IMG/VR virus record: IMGVR_UViG_3300014208_000078
Location: 1 to 39,288 of that record
DNA from: a virus
Taxonomy: Duplodnaviria > Caudoviricetes
Strand: one strand, 5' to 3'
Length of the DNA stretch: 39,288 nucleotides
Shown here one piece after another: positions 18,194-24,935 of this stretch (the first letter of the stretch is position 1; the number at the start of each line of letters is the position of its first letter). Below the pieces are notes generated by a model. It saw only the letters and a list, made by a program, of their open reading frames with translations. It was not told where the DNA came from and did not search any database. Made by a program: the position numbers and the translations under genes.

Positions 18194-19132
18194 ATGACTA
18201 AAAGACGAGGTCCATCAGTTGAGCAACGTGGTGAAATTGAAATGCCACCATTAGATCATCAATTCCCAGCAGAGATGGGAGTTCCTCAAGCCGCTCAAGC
18301 AGTAGAAGCAAGAGAAGTTGAGCAACTACAACAAGAGTATCAAGATCATGAACAAGAAGTTCTAGTAGAGCAAGACGAGCAATATCTTATTAATGAAGTA
18401 GCTCAAGAAGAACCAGAATTTTCTCCCACGCCAGTGGACCAATCCAGATTGGATTCCAATAAGAGACCAAAAACCAAAGAAGACAACTTCAGAGAAGTTC
18501 GTTTGGCTAAAGAAAGAGCAGAACGGGAACGGGACGCACTTATGTCTCAGATGCTCGAGATGCAGTCCAAATTACAGAACCAACAACAAGTTGCAAAACC
18601 TGTAGCTCCAGTAGAAGAAGAAAAAGATTGGTTTGATGGTCTTGATCCAGAGTCTTTAGTTGAAGGAAAGCAGCTTAAAAACATTGCTCAAGAGATGAAA
18701 GCAATGAAAAGGATGCTTAAAGAGCAACAAGCTCAGTCTCAAGAGATAGCAATGCAAGCAAAGATCAAAGCTCAATATCCAGACTTTGATGATGTGTTTA
18801 ATGCTCAGACTATTAGTAATTTAAATGAACAGTATCCAGATGTGGCTAATGCGCTTCGAGTAATGCCAGATGATTACAATAAAGCGACTGCTGCGTATAC
18901 TATGATTAAAAACTTAGGAATATATAAAGGGAACGAAGTGAAAAAACCTGCATATGAATCAGATATTTTAAGAGCTAAAGTTAATGCTGCTAAGCCAAGA
19001 CCTTTAGCATCAGTTAATCCACAACAAGGTGATAGCCCCCTATCAAAAGCTAATGCATTTGCTAATGGTTTAACACCAGACTTGAAAGCGCAAATGCTGA
19101 AGGAGATGCAGGCCGCGAGACGTGGTAACTAA
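18194..19132 (+). CDS. Putative capsid scaffolding protein
   Basis: Acidic, Gln/Glu-rich coiled coil; lies between portal and capsid; basic C-terminus. Confidence 0.6.
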   Translation: MTKRRGPSVEQRGEIEMPPLDHQFPAEMGVPQAAQAVEAREVEQLQQEYQDHEQEVLVEQDEQYLINEVAQEEPEFSPTPVDQSRLDSNKRPKTKEDNFREVRLAKERAERERDALMSQMLEMQSKLQNQQQVAKPVAPVEEEKDWFDGLDPESLVEGKQLKNIAQEMKAMKRMLKEQQAQSQEIAMQAKIKAQYPDFDDVFNAQTISNLNEQYPDVANALRVMPDDYNKATAAYTMIKNLGIYKGNEVKKPAYESDILRAKVNAAKPRPLASVNPQQGDSPLSKANAFANGLTPDLKAQMLKEMQAARRGN

Positions 19133-19770
19133 ATATTTTTTTTAGTTATTCTTCTATTGTTACAATTTTCTTTTCTGGTCGCCCATCTACAATTGGACGG
19201 TTCGTAATTACCATCATTGTTAATTCGATCTATTTCTTTTTTAGGTGGTCGACTTCCCATATCCTCCAAGAAATTTTCAAATTTAGACCATCTTTCACAA
19301 ACTTTAATTCCACGTCCACCGTAATTATGGTATCCGCTATCTTTTGGATTATTGCACCGTTGTCTCATTTGATGCCAAATGCCATAAATAGAACTTGTTG
19401 AAAGTTTATGAGTTGCAATCCTGCAGTGTTCGCAGCATTTAGAATTTCCTGCTAATAATTCTGATCCTCTTATTGTATAAACTCTTTTACAGTCGCATTC
19501 ACAAATATAAGAAGTTGTGTGCCTTTTTTCTTCAGATTTTTGTAAGACTTTCCATTTACCAAATGATTTTCCAATTATATCAAACGACCTGTCTTTGCTT
19601 TTTATTCGACAATCTAGACACCATTTATACTTTAATATATCTTCCTTTCTTTTGATTGATTCTGATCCACATATACATTTGCATCTATATCTTTTTATAT
19701 TGCTTTTAAGATCTAATCTTTTTGGCTCTTCGCTGATTATTGTCCAGTTTTCTATTTGTTTACTGATCAT
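19129..19770 (-). CDS. Free-standing HNH homing endonuclease
   Basis: Two CxC..CxxC N-terminal modules, then 'W.QMRQRCNNP....YHNYGGRGIKVCERW.KFENFLEDMG.RP....IDRINNDGNYEPSNCRWAT'; own promoter TTTACC-17 nt-TATACT on the minus strand near 19804-19829. Confidence 0.88.
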   Translation of the reverse strand: MISKQIENWTIISEEPKRLDLKSNIKRYRCKCICGSESIKRKEDILKYKWCLDCRIKSKDRSFDIIGKSFGKWKVLQKSEEKRHTTSYICECDCKRVYTIRGSELLAGNSKCCEHCRIATHKLSTSSIYGIWHQMRQRCNNPKDSGYHNYGGRGIKVCERWSKFENFLEDMGSRPPKKEIDRINNDGNYEPSNCRWATRKENCNNRRITKKNI

Positions 19771-19859
19771 TGTTTTCTCATTTTGTTAATACTATTTAAA
19801 TAGTATACTAAATATGTACAAAGTGGTAAATGAATAAATGAATTACCCTAGGAATCTAG

Positions 19860-20201
19860 ATGACTCTTCAACAAAAACAAGTATTTTTTACAGCTAATGT
19901 AGCTTTACTTATTGATCATATTCTTGAGAATAAATATTCAGTTACTTTCGGAGAGGCATTCCGTACTCCTGAACAAGCTGAAATATATGCAAAGTCTGGC
20001 AAAGGTATAAAAGATAGCCTTCATTGTAAAAGACTTGCTATTGATTTAAATTTGTTCGATTCTAATGGTAAGTATTTAACTAATAAAAAAGATTATGAAC
20101 AGTTTGGAGCTTATTGGAAAAGCTTGAATCCTGCTAATAGATGGGGTGGTGATTTTCCTAAGTTAGTTGATTGTGTACATTTCGAAATGCAAGATTTGTA
20201 A
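19860..20201 (+). CDS. M15-family zinc peptidase (endolysin, L-Ala-D-Glu peptidase-like)
   Basis: 'EAFRTPEQ...SLHCKRLAIDL...WGGDF...DCVHFE' = SxHxxxxAxD and DxxH zinc ligands. Confidence 0.88.
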   Translation: MTLQQKQVFFTANVALLIDHILENKYSVTFGEAFRTPEQAEIYAKSGKGIKDSLHCKRLAIDLNLFDSNGKYLTNKKDYEQFGAYWKSLNPANRWGGDFPKLVDCVHFEMQDL

Positions 20202-20470
20202 TGGAAAATAAACGATATTATTATGTAAATTCTGGATTTGAAAGACAGGATATTTGGAAAAAGGTTAATTCAAGAGATGATCTTCCTAAGGATGGAAGAA
20301 GATGTTTCTTGGTAATGTATAAAGGTCTTCATGCTATATGTGAATATAATAAAGAAGAGGATGCTTTTTATATAGATTTTGCTCCCGATGAATATGGAGC
20401 AAATAAAGTTAATAGAGAGCATAAAATTAAATGGTGGATGGACTTACCGGACTTTCCAGAAGATTTTTAA
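20201..20470 (+). CDS. DUF551-like hypothetical protein
   Basis: TAATG coupling with the endolysin; 'WKKV..RDDLP...IKWWMDLPDFP'. Confidence 0.6.
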   Translation: MENKRYYYVNSGFERQDIWKKVNSRDDLPKDGRRCFLVMYKGLHAICEYNKEEDAFYIDFAPDEYGANKVNREHKIKWWMDLPDFPEDF

Positions 20471-20501
20471 AGTGCTTCATTTGTCCTCCTTTTTTGATCG
20501 T

Positions 20502-20529
20502 GGGACGCTCTCATCCGGCGTCCCTTTTT
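20502..20529 (+). terminator. Rho-independent terminator
   Basis: GGGACGC/GCGTCCC stem followed by a T-run. Confidence 0.7.
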
Positions 20530-20531
20530 AT

Positions 20532-21164
20532 TTAGATCTTTTTTTTGTTAATCCTAGTGTTGTTTAGATTTTCTTTTCTTGTGACCCATCTGCAGTTTTC
20601 TAATTCATAGTTTCCATTATTATTTGTTCGGTCTAACTCTAGACCACTGGGTTTTTGTCCCATATCTTCTAAGAAGTTTTCAAATTTTAACCAACGATCA
20701 CAAACTGTAATTCCGCGTCCGCCATAATCTTTAAACTTAGTTTGATTTGGGTTTGTGCATCTTTGTATCATAGACCCCCAAGTGGTATATGTTCTGGAGT
20801 GAACCATTCCATGCTTAGTTGACCCGCATTTTCTGCAGGCTGTTGAATCGCCAAATCTTAATCTTATACCTTTGAGTTGTTTGATAAATCCACATTCACA
20901 TTGAACTTCGTAGCACGATCTTTTATCTTCTGAGGCTACTCGTTTTAAGACGGTCCATTGGCCAAACTTATCTCCTCTTTTTAGTTCTTTGTCTTGATAT
21001 TTGCATGAGCTACAGGATTTAGAAGCTTGTCTTTTTAGTTGATCATCCCTAACTTCTCTTTTAAATCCACAATTACATATACATAGATATAGTATTTTTT
21101 TTTCTTTTCTTCGCGAAAGATTTATAACCTTCCAATTGGCATACTGCTTTCCTATTATAATCAT
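20532..21164 (-). CDS. Free-standing HNH homing endonuclease (paralog of 19129-19770)
   Basis: 'WGSMIQRCTNP....KDYGGRGITVCDRWLKFENFLEDMG.KP...ELDRTNNNGNYELENCRWVT'. Confidence 0.88.
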   Translation of the reverse strand: MIIIGKQYANWKVINLSRRKEKKILYLCICNCGFKREVRDDQLKRQASKSCSSCKYQDKELKRGDKFGQWTVLKRVASEDKRSCYEVQCECGFIKQLKGIRLRFGDSTACRKCGSTKHGMVHSRTYTTWGSMIQRCTNPNQTKFKDYGGRGITVCDRWLKFENFLEDMGQKPSGLELDRTNNNGNYELENCRWVTRKENLNNTRINKKKI

Positions 21165-21177
21165 ATATTCCTTTATA

Positions 21178-21207
21178 TTGATTTTTTATAAGTTAAATGA
21201 CTATAAT
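21178..21207 (+). promoter_or_regulatory. Sigma70-like promoter for the capsid operon
   Basis: TTGATT-18 nt-TATAAT. Confidence 0.55.
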
Positions 21208-21212
21208 ATTGC

Positions 21213-21302
21213 TAAGCGTTATCGAGAAGTCGCTTATCTCAAAAACTTCGGCGTATTCTGAGCTTCGCCATCTCAACGACGTACAAAGATCTCGTCAGTC
21301 TT
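21213..21302 (+). promoter_or_regulatory. Three tandem pseudoknot-like units in the capsid 5' leader
   Basis: Interleaved stems UAAGCG/CGCUUA with GAGA/UCUC; GGCG/CGCC with UGAG/CUCA; GACG/CGUC with AAGAU/GUCUU. Confidence 0.55.
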
Positions 21303-21379
21303 AAGTATATAGTAAAACCCAAAAATGATCCACTAATAAAGTGACAGTTTTGGAAAATATTTAAACTTAAGGAGCCTAT

Positions 21380-23000
21380 ATGGCTATAACTACTACTAGC
21401 TCGTTGCCAGCGCCTGTACAACAGTCGTTTAGCTACAAGCTTTTGTCAGTTCCAGTTCCGTCTATGATTCATTAACTAAATTTGTGAATCTAAAACCCTC
21501 TCTGATTGACTTGGATAGCCGATGGGCCGACAAGGGGCAAGCGTAATGGTAGCCTGAACGACTGAGCGAGAGGGGCTCTTGAAAAAGAGTATGCGACAGT
21601 CTGCTCATGGACTATATATGAAATCCATGAGGCTGGATCGAAGAATCTGGCCCGCCTGAAAAGGTCAGTAAGCGAAAGCTGAAAGTAACAGAATGAAAAT
21701 TCCAGCGATGCTAAAAAACATGCCTCGTAATGGTGGTACAACTCTACGTATGCGTAGATATAATCCACTTGCAACAGCTCTTGTTCCATTAGGAAACACT
21801 GGCGTTACTCCCCCAGCACAACAATTAACTGCTGTGGATATTGATGCTAAAATCTCTTTCTACGGTTTCAATTAGGTGCCGTAGAATTGATTCTGAATAG
21901 ACCTACGTTATCCTTAATGAACAGGTAACGTTACAGAATCAAGATCCCGTTAAGAGAAAAAGCGGGATTAAAACCCTCTCTGATTGACTTGGAAGCCCGA
22001 TGGGGTGACAAGGCGGAAGGCGAAAGCCACCGTGAACGACTTAGCGAGAGGGGCTCTGCAACTTACCAGAGCATGCGAAAGTCTGAGCACGAACTATATA
22101 TGAAATTCGTGAGGTTGATCCGAAGAGGTTGGCCCGCCTAAGCAATTAGGTCACAAAAGTAACAGAATGTTTGAATGAAGCTGCTGCTCGTTTAGGTGTT
22201 TCTCTTCGTCAAACAGAAGATGAACTAACAAGAGATATGCTTGCTTCAACAGCAGCGTTTATCAACTGTACAGCTGGTGTGAACGGCGACAACCCGACTG
22301 AATTAACTCGTTCAGATGTTGATGATGTAGTTCGTGCTTTGCTTGGAAACAATGCATACACGATCTTAGACAACATTGAAGGGGAAGATAAATTTGGTAC
22401 AGCTCCTGTTCGTGATGCGTATTTTGCGCTTTGCCATACAGATCTTACTAAAGATATGGACTCAGTTGATGGATTCATTCAAAAGAATCAATATCCATCT
22501 CCTATGAATGCATTGCGTTCAGAATGGGGTGCAATTGGTAACTTGAGATTCTTAGTTTCATCTATTGGATCAATCACTCAATCTGCTTCAAACTTAGGCG
22601 CGAACGTGTATAACATTTTCTGCGTAGGTATGGAAGCTTATGCTTGTATTGAGCAAGACGGTAAATATTGCTGTCTATAAATTTTCTCTGATTGACTTGG
22701 AAGCCCTACGGGGTGACAAGGGGCAAGCGAAAGCAGCCTGAACGACTAAGTGAGAAAACTCTGAAAAGAGAAGCGATAGTCTGAACTCATATGAAAGTAT
22801 GAGAGGGAGATCCGAAGAGGTTTCCCCGCCCAGAAGTGGGTCACAAAAGTAACAGAATGTATAGCGCAAGCTTTATCTATCGTCCTCCAATGTACGATGG
22901 ACCTTTGGCTCTTAATGCTTCTGTTGGTTACAAGTTTGCTGAAGTACCTCGTATTCTCAATGACCTTTGGGTATTGAATCTACGTTGCACATTAGCGTAA
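21380..23000 (+). CDS. Major capsid protein (N4-gp56-like), spliced: join(21380..21472,21696..21866,21901..21950,22170..22662,22860..23000), 315 aa
   Basis: AAGGAG RBS; exons total 948 nt = 316 codons with no internal stop. Junctions read SMIH|KIPAM, ISFYG|TYVIL, QDPV|LNEAA, EQDG|YSASF. Motifs 'KNMPRNGGTTLRMRRY', 'AYFALCHTDL', 'SEWGAIGNLRFLVS' and 'SVGYKF' are capsid-like. Confidence 0.88.
21473..21695 (+). ncRNA. Group I intron 1 of capsid gene (223 nt, no ORF)
   Basis: P1 GAUUCAU/GUGAAUC with U-G at the splice site; P3 CCCUCUC/GAGAGGG; P7 GACUG/CAGUC; ends AAGUAACAGAAUG. Confidence 0.9.
21867..21900 (+). other. 34-nt core-less mini-intron (P1 + P10 + terminal G only)
   Basis: The guide at 21873-21886 pairs 9 bp with the 5' exon (U-G at the junction) and 5 bp with the 3' exon; the insert ends in G; it contains an in-frame TAG and shifts the frame; excision restores FYG-TYVILNEQV. 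Confidence 0.75.
21951..22169 (+). ncRNA. Group I intron (third insertion) of capsid gene (219 nt, no ORF)
   Basis: P1 AUCCCGU/GCGGGAU; P3 CCCUCUC/GAGAGGG; P7 GACUU/AAGUC; ends AAGUAACAGAAUG. Confidence 0.9.
22663..22859 (+). ncRNA. Group I intron (fourth insertion) of capsid gene (197 nt, no ORF)
   Basis: P1 AGACGGU/GCUGUCU; P3 UUUUCUC/GAGAAAA; P7 GACUA/UAGUC; ends AAGUAACAGAAUG. Confidence 0.9.
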
Positions 23001-23015
23001 CTTTTAGGAGATATT

Positions 23016-24008
23016 ATGGATAATACAATATTACAACAAGGTCGTTTTACAGCTACTGGATCTGCGGTAACTTTACAACTGCGTGCAGATGTAGATTGGA
23101 TAGAAGTTTATAACACTACTATTGGTGCTGCTTCTCAAACTACAGCTGTTGGTGTTAAGTACAAATGGTTCCGTGGGTTTCCTGCTGGTGCTAAATGGAC
23201 TACATTTAAATCTAACGCAGCTAACGCAGCTAACTTAGAGCAGTATTTAACTTCATCTGGATTTACTTTAGTTGATAGCTCAGCAAATCCTAACGGAACA
23301 TTGAATGCTACAATTACAGCTATTTCTAACGCTGCTATTCCTGTTGTTTCAAACTCTGGAACAAACGGTCTATCTGCTGGTGATGTTGTACGTTTATTCA
23401 ACGTTGCATCTGCTCAACAAGTTGGTGGATTTGATTTCACAGTTGGTTATAACACATTAACAAGTGGTACATTCTCTCTTGACTATATGTCACAGATTGT
23501 TGCTGGTACTACTGGTTCATGGCGTAAACTTAGCTTTGATCCATTATTCTACCCACGTCGTCGTTATATTACAAAAATTACTGCAGCTGCTTCAGCTGTT
23601 GTAACATTGTCTGTAACTCATGGCTATACAGTCGGTCAACAAGTTCGTTTTGTTGTCCCTGCTGCGTATGGCATGGTAGAAATTGATGGGCTTCTTGGAA
23701 CAATTACTGCTGTTAATACAACAACAACAAGTGGAAACACAATTACTGTAGATATTGATTCATCAGCGTTTACAGCATTTGCATGGCCACTTTCAGCTGC
23801 AGTTCCATTCTCAGCTGCTGAAGTTGTTCCAGTTGGTGAAAATTCAGCGCAAGCTATCTCTTCATCAGTTGACACACTTGATGATGCTACTTTAAACACA
23901 GGATATATTGGAATGGTTCTTGCTGGTGGCGCAAGCTGTCCAGGTGGTGCTACTTCTGATGTTGTTTACTGGGTTGCTGGTAAATCATTTAGCGTTGATA
24001 ACGCGTAG
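23016..24008 (+). CDS. Virion structural protein with two FCCH-like beta domains
   Basis: Follows the capsid gene; repeated 'ITAISNA..PVV...NGLSAGDVVRL' and 'ITKITAA.SAVVT....HGYTVGQQVRF'. Confidence 0.65.
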   Translation: MDNTILQQGRFTATGSAVTLQLRADVDWIEVYNTTIGAASQTTAVGVKYKWFRGFPAGAKWTTFKSNAANAANLEQYLTSSGFTLVDSSANPNGTLNATITAISNAAIPVVSNSGTNGLSAGDVVRLFNVASAQQVGGFDFTVGYNTLTSGTFSLDYMSQIVAGTTGSWRKLSFDPLFYPRRRYITKITAAASAVVTLSVTHGYTVGQQVRFVVPAAYGMVEIDGLLGTITAVNTTTTSGNTITVDIDSSAFTAFAWPLSAAVPFSAAEVVPVGENSAQAISSSVDTLDDATLNTGYIGMVLAGGASCPGGATSDVVYWVAGKSFSVDNA

Positions 24009-24037
24009 TGTTGGTAACACATAGTTAATAACTATAT

Positions 24038-24061
24038 TCCCCCTACAGCGCTGTAGGGGGA
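24038..24061 (+). terminator. Perfect palindromic hairpin after the capsid operon
   Basis: TCCCCCTACAGCGCTGTAGGGGGA. Confidence 0.6.
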
Positions 24062-24097
24062 CTTATTAAAAGAAACACGCAAGTGTGAAAGGACTTT

Positions 24098-24544
24098 ATG
24101 ACTAATCAAAATTTACATATACCAGAAGTTAATGCTAAAAAGATCAAAGAAGGCAAAGATGCAGTTCAGCACTCCTCTCGACCTTTTATGACTCGTTCTA
24201 AAAAACTGACTAAAGAAGAAAAAGAAGTGATTGCTAAAGATCTTAAAGTTAAACGAGACAAAGAAAGAACTCCGGTACGTGGTATCTTTAAATATCATGA
24301 ATGCCCAGGAGCTATGTTTGAATTTATGTTTAAAAAATACGCAGAAGATCCTTTAGAGAAGTTTTCTATGCTTGATGGTGAAGTGTATACAATTCCACTA
24401 GGAGTTGCTCGCCATTTAAATACTGCTTGCTGGTACCCTGTGCACAAATTCCAGAGCAAAGATTCATCATTGACGACGCAAGAGAAGATTAGAAGAACAA
24501 GTTTCCAAAGCTTAGAGTTTATGGATGAAGCACTAGCTGCTTAA
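24098..24544 (+). CDS. Hypothetical protein (structural module)
   Basis: AAGGA RBS; 'DGEVYTIPLGVARHLN'. Confidence 0.65.
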   Translation: MTNQNLHIPEVNAKKIKEGKDAVQHSSRPFMTRSKKLTKEEKEVIAKDLKVKRDKERTPVRGIFKYHECPGAMFEFMFKKYAEDPLEKFSMLDGEVYTIPLGVARHLNTACWYPVHKFQSKDSSLTTQEKIRRTSFQSLEFMDEALAA

Positions 24545-24559
24545 AATAGAGGTGAGTTT

Positions 24560-24925
24560 ATGTCTATTCTGGCTGATGAAAATCCTGTCTTTCAACGTGC
24601 GATGAGAGTTATATCGTCCATTACAAACGATTATCCTGCCGTTGTAACAACTACGTTCGACCATCAATATTTAACGGGTCTCATAGTGAGGTTAAATATT
24701 CCTAAGGGATATGGCATGACTCAAGCTAATCGATTGTATGCGCCTATTATCGTGACAGGTGATACTACGTTTACAATCGATATCGATACTCGTTATTTTG
24801 ATGTGTTTGCTTATCCTGGAACTTTCCCCGAAAATCAACAATATCCATTAACGATTCCTGTTGGAGAAAGTAATGATACATTGTTAAACGCAACTCAAAA
24901 TATTTTACCATTCCCAGCTGAATAG
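24560..24925 (+). CDS. Small structural protein with FCCH-like domain
   Basis: 'ISSITNDYPAVVTTTFDHQYLTGLIVRL' resembles the domains of 23016-24008. Confidence 0.6.
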   Translation: MSILADENPVFQRAMRVISSITNDYPAVVTTTFDHQYLTGLIVRLNIPKGYGMTQANRLYAPIIVTGDTTFTIDIDTRYFDVFAYPGTFPENQQYPLTIPVGESNDTLLNATQNILPFPAE

Positions 24926-24935
24926 GAGACTAGTA

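Noticed and set aside
21867-21900. Translational bypass (T4 gene 60-like hop) as the way over the 34-nt gap
   Set aside because: There is no matched landing codon in the right frame. The triplet before ACC is TAG rather than GGT, and an AAT-to-AAT hop (21870 to 21896) resumes out of frame. The P1/P10/terminal-G pattern fits splicing better.
14985-22859. Group II intron, IS element or CRISPR interpretation of the four repeated ~200-nt elements
   Set aside because: No GUGYG 5' end, domain V or AY 3' end; no terminal inverted repeats, target duplications or transposase; no regular repeat-spacer periodicity. The U|...G| boundaries and P7 pairing indicate group I.
21380-23000. Capsid and portal as pseudogenes of a decayed prophage
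   Set aside because: All breaks coincide with structured inserts whose precise removal restores the frames, and the other essential genes are intact. It cannot be fully excluded for the 34-nt insert without splicing data.
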